From an uncultured Candidatus Rokubacteria bacterium (GTDB taxonomy: Bacteria; Methylomirabilota; Methylomirabilia; Rokubacteriales; CSP1-6), in NCBI GenBank assembly GCA_963789955.1, contig CAWBMV010000022.1, forward strand, positions 512,001 through 576,000: DNA of 64,000 nucleotides, read 5' to 3'. The notes under the pieces were generated by a model. The model did not search any database. It saw only the letters and a program-made list of their open reading frames with translations, and had not been told where the DNA came from. The position numbers and the translations under genes are program-made. Shown one piece after another: positions 41,488 to 51,206 of this stretch; positions within the stretch are counted from its first letter, which is position 1; every line of letters starts with the position of its first letter.

Positions 41488-42942
41488 TCACGCGTAGCCG
41501 GGCGGCGGCACGAACGCCTGGAACTCGCGCTCGAGGAGCCGCGCGAAGGCCAGGCACTTCAGATCGCCGTACTGCGGGCCGACGATCTGCACGCCGACCG
41601 GCAGCCCGCCCGGCGTGAACCCGCACGGCGCGGCGGTCGAGGGCAGGAAGAACGCGCCGCTGTAGCCGGCCCAGAACAGGTGATCGGTGACGGGAACGCG
41701 CTGACCGTTGACGACCAGGGTGCGCTCGTGGCGCTCGCCCTTGTGATCGTGAGGAAACGCCGCGGTGCCGGCGACGGGGCAGAGGAGCAGGTCGTATTGC
41801 GTGAAGAACTCCGCCCACGCGCGCCGCATGCGATGGCGCGTCTCGTTCGCGGCGAGCCAGTCGCGGTGTGACAGGACCGCCGCGCGCATGGCCCGCGCGT
41901 AGTAGCTCTGGTCGCTGACGGCGAGCCCGCGGGCGATCGCCGTGTTCTGCTCGAAATCGGTATCGCTCTGACGATCCGAGGTCGCGGCGCGCAGGAGCCG
42001 TGTGTAGACGCTGAAGGCCTCGCCGGTGTCGATCGCCGGGCGGGCGCGCGCGTCGACCTTCACTTTCTGCCGGCCCAGGAAGTCGCCCAGCGCTTGCAGG
42101 CGGTCTTGCACCTCGCGATCCACCGCCACCCCAGGCGCGTCGAGCATCAGGGCCACCTTGAAGTCACGCAGCCGCTTCTGCCGCGGCGGTACCAGCCGGA
42201 GCTGCCACCCCGCGGCCTCGATCTCGTCGGGGCCGGCCATGACCGAGAGCGCGAGCGCGAGATCCTCGGCACTGCGCGCCAGCGGGCCGACGACGTCGAT
42301 GTCGACGGCCGCCGTCTGCCAGGGCAGCGCCTGACCGGTGCGCGGCACGATGCCCCAGCTCGGCTTGTGGCCGTAGACGCCGCAGAAGTGCGCCGGGTTG
42401 CGGATCGACGAGCCGATATCGCTGCCGGCTTCGAGTCCGGTGAGCCCGGCCGCGAGGGCCGCCGCGGAGCCGCCCGACGATCCGCCGGGCGCGCGCGTCA
42501 CGTCCCACGGATTGTTCGTCGTCCCGTAGATCGCGTTGTAGCTCTGCCAGTCGGCCAGAAACAGCGGCACGTTCGTCTTGCCGAAGAGCACGACGCCGGC
42601 GCCGAGCAGCCGGTCGACGGCGACCGCGTTCTTCGTCGCGACGTTCTTGGCGTACGCGGGCACGCCCCAGGTCGTCGGCAGGCCCGCGACGTCGTACGAC
42701 TCCTTGATCGTCATCGGCACGCCGTGCAGCGGCCCCCACACTTGGCGTCGCGCCAGCGCCCGGTCGGCCGCACGCGCGCGGGTGCGCGCGCGCTCGAAGT
42801 CGCGAACGACGACGGCATTCAGGGCACCGTCGTACTTTTCGACCCGGGCCAGGTAGAGGTCCAGCAGCTCCAGGCAGCCGATCTTTTTCTTGCGGACGTC
42901 CGCGGCGAGCTGCTTGGCGGAGCGGAAGGGGATATCGAGCAT
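41488..42942 (-). CDS. Amidase
   Basis: TIKES, GKTNVP, GGSSGGS, GSDIGSSIRNPA. Confidence 0.93.
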   Translation of the reverse strand: MLDIPFRSAKQLAADVRKKKIGCLELLDLYLARVEKYDGALNAVVVRDFERARTRARAADRALARRQVWGPLHGVPMTIKESYDVAGLPTTWGVPAYAKNVATKNAVAVDRLLGAGVVLFGKTNVPLFLADWQSYNAIYGTTNNPWDVTRAPGGSSGGSAAALAAGLTGLEAGSDIGSSIRNPAHFCGVYGHKPSWGIVPRTGQALPWQTAAVDIDVVGPLARSAEDLALALSVMAGPDEIEAAGWQLRLVPPRQKRLRDFKVALMLDAPGVAVDREVQDRLQALGDFLGRQKVKVDARARPAIDTGEAFSVYTRLLRAATSDRQSDTDFEQNTAIARGLAVSDQSYYARAMRAAVLSHRDWLAANETRHRMRRAWAEFFTQYDLLLCPVAGTAAFPHDHKGERHERTLVVNGQRVPVTDHLFWAGYSGAFFLPSTAAPCGFTPGGLPVGVQIVGPQYGDLKCLAFARLLEREFQAFVPPPGYA

Positions 42943-42994
42943 GGCCGGCCTCCGCGAAGTATACTGCGCTTCCTATGAACAGATCGGAGCGCCC

Positions 42995-43759
42995 GTGACC
43001 GAGTCGATCCGGCCGCATCCCGTCCTGGAAGAGTATTACCCGGTCCAGTCCGACCGCCAGTCGTTCGTCGACGAGCTGTTCAACGGCTCCGCCAAGTATT
43101 ACAACCACATCGGGCGGATGCTCGATTGGGGCTCTGGGCCCATGTACCGCCGCCAGGCGCTCCAGCGCGCCGGGCTCAAGAAGGGCATGCGGCTCCTGGA
43201 CGTCGCGACCGGCACCGGTCTGGTGGCCCTCGGGGGGGGCCAGGTGGTTGGCGATCCCCGGCGGGTGGTCGGCATCGACCCGAACAGCGAGATGCTGCGC
43301 GAGGCGCGGATGGCGCTGTCGAGCCCGCTGGTTCGGGGTCGGGCCGAGATTCTGCCGTTCCGGTCCGACACCTTCGACATGCTCAGCATGGGCTTCGCCT
43401 TGCGCCACGTCGAAGATCTCGAAATCGCCTTCCGCGAATACCGGCGTGTCCTGAAGCCCGGCGGACGCATGCTGCTCATCGAGGTGTCGCGTCCGAAGTC
43501 GCGGATCATGCGATGGGTGATCCGGACCCACTTCCAGCGTGTCTTGCCGTGGCTGGCGCGTGTCACGACCCGGAGCGAGCCGGCGCAGCTCCTGATGAAA
43601 TTCTACTGGGACACGATCGACCAGTGCGTCCCGCCGGACACGATCCTCGACGTGCTGCGGCGTAACGGCTTCGTCGACCTGAAGCGGCGAGTGTGGTGCG
43701 GTTTTCTCAGCGAGTACGTCGCCGTCAAGTCCCGCGGATCGGCGCCGTCACCCGCCTGA
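42995..43759 (+). CDS. UbiE/MenG-like SAM methyltransferase
   Basis: LDVATGTG, FDMLSMGFALRHV, RRVLKPGG. Confidence 0.85.
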   Translation: MTESIRPHPVLEEYYPVQSDRQSFVDELFNGSAKYYNHIGRMLDWGSGPMYRRQALQRAGLKKGMRLLDVATGTGLVALGGGQVVGDPRRVVGIDPNSEMLREARMALSSPLVRGRAEILPFRSDTFDMLSMGFALRHVEDLEIAFREYRRVLKPGGRMLLIEVSRPKSRIMRWVIRTHFQRVLPWLARVTTRSEPAQLLMKFYWDTIDQCVPPDTILDVLRRNGFVDLKRRVWCGFLSEYVAVKSRGSAPSPA

Positions 43760-43769
43760 GGCTCGACCC

Positions 43770-45083
43770 TCAGCGGATGGCGAGATCCGCCGGGTCGACG
43801 CCGCGCAAGCCGTAGCGGCCCAGAAAGCGCAGGAGGCCGCGACTGTAGCGCGATGTGGTCGCGGCACCGCTGGCCAGGAGCCCCACGTGCTTCGCGATGT
43901 GCGTCTGCATCGCGCGCTTGACCGCCCCGGGATTCTCCGGCATCCAGGACTTCCCGGCCTGGATCAGCGCCGCCAGCCGACCGTCGTAGAGGTACGCGAC
44001 CAGCTCGAGCCAGGCCGTCAGCATCGCGTTCTGACTGGCCGCGTATGACGTCAGCACGGAGTCGAGCTCGGCGGGCGAGGGGATCGCGCGCCGCCGCAGC
44101 CAGGGCGTGAGCGCGTCGGCCAGCTGCTCGGACGAGCGGAGCGCCAGGAACACGCCCGGCGACAGCATCGGATCGACGAAGCCGAACGAGTCGCCGACCA
44201 TCGCCCAGCCGCGCCCGAAGCCGCGCTCGGAGATCAGCTGGTAGTTGGCGTAGGTCGCGACGTCCGTGACGCGCCGACCTTCGCCGGCGATGAACGTGAG
44301 CCCCGGGTCGATCGCGATGGCGCGCTCGAGCCGCTCCTCCGGCGTGCGCCCCAGGCGCGCCGCGTCGTCCTGGCCCAGCACGATGCCGATCGAGAGCCGC
44401 TCCTGGAGCGGGATGCACCAGCTCCAGCCCGCCTCGCCCCGAGCGATCCGCACCTGGCCCGGCACGTCGTCCCAGCGGCATCCCTCGAAGTGGGCGAAGT
44501 GCGCGACGTCCTTGCGAGGCCCGAGCCGCGCCGGAATGCCGAGCGCGCGAGCCGCGAGTCGGGCGCGTCCGGTCGCGTCGACGATCAGCTCCGGCTGCTC
44601 TCCGGAAAGCGCCGGCGCCGACCTGAGCGTCTCGGGACTCAGCTGGAGCTCCGCCCGCGCCTCAGCCGACGGACTCGGCACCAGTTGCGCTCGCCCGGTC
44701 ACGTAGTCGACGCCCGACGCGATCGCCTTGGCGAGCAGCGCGTCGTCGAAATGCGGCCGCGGGACGTTGTAGGCGTACGGGAAGACGGCGGGCGCGAAGC
44801 GATTGAAGGTGACGCTCACCCGATCCGACCCAGACCAGACGAACGAGACGCCGGGCTTCACGCGGCTGAAGCTGGCCGTTTCCTTTTCCAGATCGAGCCG
44901 CTGCAGGATCGGGATCACCGCGGGGACGAGCGACTCGCCGACGAGCAGCTCCGGGCGGCGTCCGTCGTCGAAGAGCGTCACGGCGGCGCCCTCGCGCGCC
45001 AACAAGATGGCCAGGGCGGAGCCGGCAGGTCCGGCGCCGACGATGGCGACGCGCAGCCGCCGAATCCCGTTGTTGTCGCTCAC
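43770..45083 (-). CDS. Flavin-dependent halogenase-family protein
   Basis: GAGPAG, VGESL, SRVKPG (Lys), GWSWCIP (WxWxIP), VGDSFGFVDPMLSPG. Confidence 0.82.
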   Translation of the reverse strand: MSDNNGIRRLRVAIVGAGPAGSALAILLAREGAAVTLFDDGRRPELLVGESLVPAVIPILQRLDLEKETASFSRVKPGVSFVWSGSDRVSVTFNRFAPAVFPYAYNVPRPHFDDALLAKAIASGVDYVTGRAQLVPSPSAEARAELQLSPETLRSAPALSGEQPELIVDATGRARLAARALGIPARLGPRKDVAHFAHFEGCRWDDVPGQVRIARGEAGWSWCIPLQERLSIGIVLGQDDAARLGRTPEERLERAIAIDPGLTFIAGEGRRVTDVATYANYQLISERGFGRGWAMVGDSFGFVDPMLSPGVFLALRSSEQLADALTPWLRRRAIPSPAELDSVLTSYAASQNAMLTAWLELVAYLYDGRLAALIQAGKSWMPENPGAVKRAMQTHIAKHVGLLASGAATTSRYSRGLLRFLGRYGLRGVDPADLAIR

Positions 45084-46402
45084 GGCGCGATCCTCCATCC
45101 CATGGCTTCGCGAATCACCTCGAGAATTCTGTCTGCCTCGGCCTCGGACACGACGCCCTCGATCCACGACACGACGAGGTTGTTCCGGCCGCCGCAGCGA
45201 TTGAAGAATACTCCGATCCCCGGTCGCGGGGGAACCACCGGCACATGGTACGCGTTGACGACCTTGCGTCCGAAGCATTCGGCGAGCGCGTCCGGCCAGT
45301 CGGCGAGGTCGGCGCAGTTGAACGAGAACAGCTCCCCGCTCGCCGTCCACGGAAGCACCCGCAGCATCCGCGACAGGGGCTGGTACTGCAGGAACTCCAG
45401 CGCGACCTGGTTGGCCTCGATCTGTCCGTCGCGGACCGCCTCGGCCATCTGACGACGAAGCGTCCGCGCCAGCGCGGGCACGTCCGCGGTCTCGGCGGGC
45501 TGGAATCGCGCGAAGTGGAACGCGAGGTGATTCCCAAAGGTCGCGCCCAGCTCTCCCTTCGGGCGCACGTCGACCGAGATCGGCAGCAGGCACGGGACCT
45601 CGGGTGTCCTTCGCCGGCGCGCGAGCTCCGCCATCGCCTTGCCGACCACCGCGACGCGCCAGCAGATCTCCCGTGTCGCGCGCTGGTCGGTCGAGTCGGG
45701 AGCGACGTAGCTCTGCCGGCGGAAGCAGGCTCGGCCCGGCGGCAGCGGCGGGCCCCCGGGTGAGACCGGCGGCACGGGTGCGAGCGTCCGCAGATATTTC
45801 AGGCTGCCGCCGGCGATGCGGCCGCGCGCGACGAGCGAGCGGCGGTCTTGCTCGGACACGAATGCGGGCGGCGTGTCGCCCCAGGGCGTGTCCTCGTGCC
45901 GGTCGAGCTCGTTGAGGTGCGTCAGGAGAATCTCTCCCCCGCGCGCGTCCATGAGCGGATGAAACCAGGTCAGCACGAGGACGCTCGACGGCGTGGGACG
46001 CGCGGACGAGTCCTCGACGATCAGCATGCGCAGCGGCGCCTCGCGTCGCGGCTCGATGGCGCGGTTGAGCTCGGCCGTCAGCTCGCGCGGGAGCTGCTCG
46101 CGCGCGGTGATGGTGACGCGACGGAGCGACGGGCGCTCGAGCGTCTCGCGCGCTCCGGCGACCCAGTGCAGCTTGCCCCAGGGGAAGGGACGCGTGAGCC
46201 GCGCCGAGGGCCAGGGGCACACGTCGAGAAATCGATCCCAGGCGCGCGTGATGCGGCTCGCGTCGATCCGGCCGTCGCACTCGACGACGAGCGACGTGTT
46301 GTGGCCGAGCCCCACGCCTTTCCACCGAGGGTGGTGCGCCAGCAGGACGAGATCCGCCCCGCGCAGGGGCAGTCGGCGCACGTCTCGCTTCAGCGCGGGC
46401 AA
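45080..46402 (-). CDS. CoA-dependent acyltransferase/condensation-like protein; start uncertain
   Basis: APLRMLI...LVLTWFHPLMDARG (HHxxxDG-like), PISVDVR...FGN; stop overlaps the halogenase start. Confidence 0.65.
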   Translation of the reverse strand: MPALKRDVRRLPLRGADLVLLAHHPRWKGVGLGHNTSLVVECDGRIDASRITRAWDRFLDVCPWPSARLTRPFPWGKLHWVAGARETLERPSLRRVTITAREQLPRELTAELNRAIEPRREAPLRMLIVEDSSARPTPSSVLVLTWFHPLMDARGGEILLTHLNELDRHEDTPWGDTPPAFVSEQDRRSLVARGRIAGGSLKYLRTLAPVPPVSPGGPPLPPGRACFRRQSYVAPDSTDQRATREICWRVAVVGKAMAELARRRRTPEVPCLLPISVDVRPKGELGATFGNHLAFHFARFQPAETADVPALARTLRRQMAEAVRDGQIEANQVALEFLQYQPLSRMLRVLPWTASGELFSFNCADLADWPDALAECFGRKVVNAYHVPVVPPRPGIGVFFNRCGGRNNLVVSWIEGVVSEAEADRILEVIREAMGWRIAP

Positions 46403-46512
46403 TGGAGTTCCTTCAGCGAATCGTCTCCTGATACCGGCCAGGACTCTGACCCGGCTTGCAGGGCATGTCAAGGGACCCTACACTCTGCGCGGAGTACCAG
46501 AAGGAGCGAGCG

Positions 46513-47511
46513 ATGGGCGACGTCGGTCTCATGGGCATGCATGTGCCGGGCATGTCGTGGCGCGAGACGCGCGAGGCGGCCGTACTGGCCGAGGAGCTCG
46601 GCTACAGCTGCATCACGATGGGTGAATCGTGGGGCGAGGACGCGCTGACCTCGCTGGCACAGCTCGCGGCCGTGACCTCACGCATTCGAATCGGCAGCAG
46701 CATCGTGCCGGTCTTCGCGCGCTCGCCCGCGAATCTGGCGATGACCGCGCTGAACCTCGACCGCATGAGCGGCGGACGCTTCTTCCTGGGGCTCGGCACC
46801 AGCGGCCGTCTGGTGATCGAGGACTTCCACGGCGAGAAGTTCGCGAAGCCGCTGACGCGGATGCGAGAGTACATCGACATCGTCCGCAAGGCCGCGCGCG
46901 GCGAGCGGCTCGATCACGACGGGGAGTTCTTCCACACCAAGCGCTTCCAGCTCCGGTTCACGCCGCACCGGGCGAGCCTGCCGATCTACATCGCCGCGCT
47001 GAGCCCGCCGAGCCTGCGCATGACCGGTGAGCTCGCCGACGGCTGGCTCCCCATTTTCCTCGCACCCTCGCGCATGGCCGCGGCCGTGGTCGAGCTCGAG
47101 GCCGGGGCCGCGGCGGCCGGCCGCTCGCGGCGCGATCTCGCGATCTCGCCGCAGGTGTCGATCTACGTGACCGACGACGTCGCGGCGGCGCGCGATCGCG
47201 AGCGACCGCACATCGCCTTTTATATCGGGGGCATGGGCGTGTTCTATCACCAGTACATGCAGCGGATCGGCTTCGGCGCCGAGGCCGACCGGGTCCGCGA
47301 GGCCTTCCAGGCGCGCGAGCGCGACCGGGCCGCGAAGCTGGTCACCGACGAGATGGTCGACGCGATGACGATCCTCGGCTCGCCCAAGCAGTGCCGCGAT
47401 CAGATCCAGCGGTTCTTCGACGCCGGCGTGCAGGAGGTCAGGCTCGTCTTCAACGAGCCCAACAAGGACGCCTACCTCACGGCGCTCCGGGCGGTCGCTC
47501 CCCGAGGCTAG
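46513..47511 (+). CDS. LLM-class (F420/FMN-dependent) oxidoreductase
   Basis: ESWGEDA, RIRIGSSI..V..RSPA, SGGRFFLGLG, GELADGWLP. Confidence 0.9.
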   Translation: MGDVGLMGMHVPGMSWRETREAAVLAEELGYSCITMGESWGEDALTSLAQLAAVTSRIRIGSSIVPVFARSPANLAMTALNLDRMSGGRFFLGLGTSGRLVIEDFHGEKFAKPLTRMREYIDIVRKAARGERLDHDGEFFHTKRFQLRFTPHRASLPIYIAALSPPSLRMTGELADGWLPIFLAPSRMAAAVVELEAGAAAAGRSRRDLAISPQVSIYVTDDVAAARDRERPHIAFYIGGMGVFYHQYMQRIGFGAEADRVREAFQARERDRAAKLVTDEMVDAMTILGSPKQCRDQIQRFFDAGVQEVRLVFNEPNKDAYLTALRAVAPRG

Positions 47512-47523
47512 AGGGGTGAACCC

Positions 47524-48531
47524 ATGAAATTCGGTCTCTACAGCTCGATCGCGAATCCGCCGCGGGGCGAGCACCTCGATCGCTGCATCGACGAAACTAT
47601 CGCTGAGGCCCAGCTCGCCGAAGCGAGCGGCTTCGATTCGTGTTTCTTCGGCGAGCACCATCAAGATCACGACGGGTTCCTGCCTTCGCCGCTCATCGTC
47701 GCCACCGCCGTCGCCGCGCGCACGCACCGTCTCCGCGTCGGCACCTCGGTGATCCTGCTGCCGCTCCACCATCCGGTGCATGTGGCCGAGGACGCAATCA
47801 CCCTGGACCTCGTGTCCAAGGGGCGCCTCATCCTCGGCGTCGGCATCGGCTACCAGCCGGCCGATTTTCGCGCGTTCTCGGTGCCGATGGAGCACCGAAT
47901 GACCTTGTTCGAAGAGAGCGTCGAGATCATGCGTCTCTGCTGGGCAGGGGAGACGTTTTCGTATCGAGGCAAGCACTACACACTCGAGAACGTCCAGATT
48001 CGCCCGCGGCCCTATCAGAAGTCGGGCCCGCCGCTCTGGTTCGGCGCCAGCGTGCCGGCGGCGGCGCGACGGGCCGGCCGGCTCGCCGACGGATTCGTCG
48101 GCACGCCCAGCACCAGCCTGACGAACGCGACGGAGCTGGCCGACATATATAAGGACGCGGCGCGGACGGCCGGGCGCACGGCCGAGGTCGTGCAGATGCG
48201 CGATGCATGGGCCGCGCGCACCCGCGCGGAGGCCGACGAGGTGTACGGCCCGCACGTGATGGCCGCCTATCGATATTACTGGGAGGCGCGGCTGGCCGAG
48301 TTCCAGAACATGCCGCCCGACACGAAGTTCACCCTGGAGAACCTGGCTCCCGACCGGTTGATCCTCGGCGACCCCGAGGCGTGCGTGAAGGAGTTCCAGC
48401 GCTGGCAGAAGGCGACCGGCGCCAGCACCTTTCTGCTCAGGCTGCGCCACGCCCATTCGGGCGGGCCGCCGCACCCGAAGATCATGGAAGCGATCAGACT
48501 GTTCGGCGAGCGCGTTCTGCCCTATTGTTAG
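47524..48531 (+). CDS. LLM-class flavin-dependent oxidoreductase
   Basis: GFDSCFFGEHH, LRVGTSVILLPLHHP, SKGRLILGVGIGY. Confidence 0.9.
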   Translation: MKFGLYSSIANPPRGEHLDRCIDETIAEAQLAEASGFDSCFFGEHHQDHDGFLPSPLIVATAVAARTHRLRVGTSVILLPLHHPVHVAEDAITLDLVSKGRLILGVGIGYQPADFRAFSVPMEHRMTLFEESVEIMRLCWAGETFSYRGKHYTLENVQIRPRPYQKSGPPLWFGASVPAAARRAGRLADGFVGTPSTSLTNATELADIYKDAARTAGRTAEVVQMRDAWAARTRAEADEVYGPHVMAAYRYYWEARLAEFQNMPPDTKFTLENLAPDRLILGDPEACVKEFQRWQKATGASTFLLRLRHAHSGGPPHPKIMEAIRLFGERVLPYC

Positions 48532-48570
48532 GCACGTTGTTACGCACGCCGGGGCCGATTTCGTTCGAGG

Positions 48571-48600
48571 TTGACGGTTATCGGAGCGCTTTGCTAGTGT
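48571..48600 (+). promoter_or_regulatory. Putative sigma70 promoter for the riboswitch leader
   Basis: TTGACG-N18-TAGTGT with extended -10 TG. Confidence 0.45.
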
Positions 48601-48617
48601 TTTTCTGTTGCGCGCGC

Positions 48618-48762
48618 CCGGGTGCCCGTTTGGGCCCAGGGAAGGCGGTGCGAATCCGCCGCGACCCCGTCACTGTAACCGGGGACGAAACCCGAAAGAG
48701 CCACTGGCGATTTGCTGGGAAGGCCCGGGGAGTAGGACGATCCGGAAGCCAGGAGACCTACC
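48618..48762 (+). ncRNA. Cobalamin (B12) riboswitch
   Basis: GGTGC...AGGGAAGGCGGTGCGAATCCGCCGCGACCCCGTCACTGTAA...GCCACTG...GGGAAGG...AAGCCAGGAGACCT: the typical conserved segments including the B12 box. Confidence 0.93.
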
Positions 48763-48808
48763 CGGGCGCGAACCCGAAACCGGTCTTCGAGGGAGGACCA
48801 GGGATCAG

Positions 48809-49150
48809 ATGATCTTTCCCCAGAACGTCAGTGCGCGGCGCGCCGCGGAGGTGCTGCACCGTGTCTTCGACGGAATTCCCGGCGGCTTTGCCTTTCGCCT
48901 CTGGGACGGATCGGTCGTGAACCTCGGTGGTGGCACGCCCGTGTGCACGGCCGTCGTTCACCAGCCGCAGACCTTCATCCGACTCATTCGTGACCCGACG
49001 CCGCTCACCTTCGCCGAGGCCTACGTCGACGGCTCCATCGACCTCGAGGGCGATCTGTTCGACGCCATGAGCGTCGCGAACTCGATCGAAGAGATTCGCG
49101 TGCCGTTCGTGGAGCGGTTGCGCGTCCTCTTCACTCTCTGGCGTGGCTGA
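48809..49150 (+). CDS. Stand-alone N-terminal (lipid-binding-like) domain of CFA synthases
   Basis: FRLWDGS...PTPLTFAEAYVDGSIDLEGDLFDAM. Confidence 0.75.
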   Translation: MIFPQNVSARRAAEVLHRVFDGIPGGFAFRLWDGSVVNLGGGTPVCTAVVHQPQTFIRLIRDPTPLTFAEAYVDGSIDLEGDLFDAMSVANSIEEIRVPFVERLRVLFTLWRG

Positions 49151-50279
49151 CGTGGCCCAGCACGACGTCATCGTGGTCGGTGGCGGGCCGGGCGGCAGCA
49201 CCGCGGCATGGCGGCTCGCGCGGGCCGGCTTTCGCCCGCTGCTTCTGGACGCCGCGGTCTTTCCACGGGTGAAGATCTGCGCCGGGTGGGTCACCCCCGA
49301 AGCGCTTGCCGACGCCCAGGTCGATCCTCAGAAGTATCCGCTGACCATCCAGGCGTTCTCGGCATGCCGGTTCGAGTTCGACGGCGCGCGCACCGAGACG
49401 CGGTGGCAGCGGCCAGCCAGCTACGGGATCCTCCGCCGGGAGTTCGACCACTATCTGCTCGACCGCGCCCGCGCCGCCGGCGTCGACGTGCGCGAAGGAG
49501 CCCGGGTGACCGAGGTGGCGCAGGACGCCGACGGGATCCGGGTCGTGAGCCCGCACGGCACGTTCAGCGCGCCGCTCGTCATCGGCGCCGGGGGTCATCG
49601 CTGCCCGGTCGCTCAGGCGCTCGGGCAGGTGTCCGAGCAGGAAGAGGTCGTGATCGCGCAGGAGAGCGAGACGCGGCTCACGCCCGAGCGCGTCGAGTCG
49701 CTCGGCAAGTGGTGGGAAGCCCCCGAGCTCTACGTCGAGCCGGATCTCAAAGGCTACGGCTGGTACTTCCCCAAGGGTGACGTCCTCAATGTCGGCGTCG
49801 GCTGCGTGTCGGGCCCCGGTGCGGATCTGCCGCGGCGGCGCGACGCGCTCGTGAGCGCGCTGCGGGCCGCGGGTCGGCTGCCGGCCGATCTCACTATCGA
49901 GCCGTTTCGCGGCCACGCCTACGTCGTGCGCCGCCGCGCGCCGCGCAAGCTCGCCGGCGACCGGTTCTGCCTCGTCGGCGACGCCGCGGGACTGGCGCGC
50001 GATCTGAGCGGCGAGGGGATCGGGCCGGCGATCAAGAGCGGGATCCTCGCCGCCGAGGCGGTCGAGGCGCGCCTGCGCACGGGCGCCGGCTTCGACGCGT
50101 ATGCGGCCGCCATCGTGCGGCGGTACGGAACGGGAGAAACGGGGTGGCTCGGCCGCCAGCTCGCGCGGATCCCCGATTCGTGGGCGCGGGTGTTCGTGCG
50201 CGCCATTCTCAACACGGAAGCCACGAGACGGCACGTCGTATTCGGACGCATCTTCGGGATGCGGGAGGTCGCATCGTGA
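49143..50279 (+). CDS. Geranylgeranyl-reductase-like NAD(P)/FAD oxidoreductase
   Basis: VGGGPGGS, FPRVKICAG, RREFDHYL, GYGWYFPK, VGDAAG...GEGIGPAIKSG. Confidence 0.85.
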   Translation: MADVAQHDVIVVGGGPGGSTAAWRLARAGFRPLLLDAAVFPRVKICAGWVTPEALADAQVDPQKYPLTIQAFSACRFEFDGARTETRWQRPASYGILRREFDHYLLDRARAAGVDVREGARVTEVAQDADGIRVVSPHGTFSAPLVIGAGGHRCPVAQALGQVSEQEEVVIAQESETRLTPERVESLGKWWEAPELYVEPDLKGYGWYFPKGDVLNVGVGCVSGPGADLPRRRDALVSALRAAGRLPADLTIEPFRGHAYVVRRRAPRKLAGDRFCLVGDAAGLARDLSGEGIGPAIKSGILAAEAVEARLRTGAGFDAYAAAIVRRYGTGETGWLGRQLARIPDSWARVFVRAILNTEATRRHVVFGRIFGMREVAS

Positions 50280-51181
50280 GGGCACGCAGCAAGGAAGCGG
50301 ACGCCAAGGCGATCTCGCACCACTACGACGTCTCCAACGAGTTCTACGCGCTGTTCCTCGACCCGCTGATGGTCTACACCTGCGCCTACTATCGCGATCC
50401 CGACGGCAAGCTCGAGCAGGCCCAGCGCGACAAGCTCGAGCTGGTGTGCCGCAAGCTCGAGCTCGAGGCGGGCGAGACGTTGCTCGACATCGGGTGCGGC
50501 TGGGGCAGCCTGTCGATCTGGGCGGCCCAGCACTACGGGGTGCGCGCCCACGGCGTGACCCTGTCGAAGGCACAGGCCGACTACGCGACCGAGCGCATCC
50601 GCCAGGAAGGGCTCGAGGACCGCTGCAAGGTCGAATATCGGGACTACCGCGATCTGCCGCCGGACGTGCGCTTCGACAAGATCGCCGCGGTCGGGGTGAT
50701 CGAGCACGTCGGCATTCCGAACTATCCCGCGTTCTTCGGCGGCGTTCACCGGATGTTGCGGGACGGCGGCCTCTATCTGAATCACGGCATCGTTCACGAG
50801 TTCCACTGGAAGGCGAGCAGCCAGACCGAGTTCCTCTATCGCCACGTCTTCCCGAACGGCGATCTGGCGGGGCTCAGCGAGACGATCACCGAGATCGAGC
50901 GCGCCGGCTTCGAGATCGTGGACGTCGAGGGGCTGCGGCTGCACTACGCGCGGACCTGCCGCCACTGGGTCGAGCGCCTGCGCGAGCGGGCCGACGAGGC
51001 GCGCGCGCTGGCCGGCGAGCGGACGTACCGGACCTGGCTTCTCTACCTGACGTGCTCGGCGGTCGCGTTTGCCGAGAGCTCCATCGGGCTCTACCAGGTC
51101 CTGACCAGAAAACAGCATGATCCCGTCGTGACTCGCGCGCCACACACGCGCGAGCACCTATACGGCAAGGCATTCCTGTGA
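50276..51181 (+). CDS. Cyclopropane-fatty-acyl-phospholipid synthase-family SAM methyltransferase (catalytic domain only)
   Basis: ISHHYDVSNEFY, MVYTCAYY, LDIGCGWG, GVTLS..Q, DYRDL, IEHVG, HYARTC. Confidence 0.9.
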   Translation: MRARSKEADAKAISHHYDVSNEFYALFLDPLMVYTCAYYRDPDGKLEQAQRDKLELVCRKLELEAGETLLDIGCGWGSLSIWAAQHYGVRAHGVTLSKAQADYATERIRQEGLEDRCKVEYRDYRDLPPDVRFDKIAAVGVIEHVGIPNYPAFFGGVHRMLRDGGLYLNHGIVHEFHWKASSQTEFLYRHVFPNGDLAGLSETITEIERAGFEIVDVEGLRLHYARTCRHWVERLRERADEARALAGERTYRTWLLYLTCSAVAFAESSIGLYQVLTRKQHDPVVTRAPHTREHLYGKAFL

Positions 51182-51206
51182 CCCAACGACCGGAAAGGAA
51201 GATGCG

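Noticed and set aside
42995..43759. Assigning ubiE/menG
   Set aside because: Only family-level motifs are present, and there are no quinone-biosynthesis neighbours
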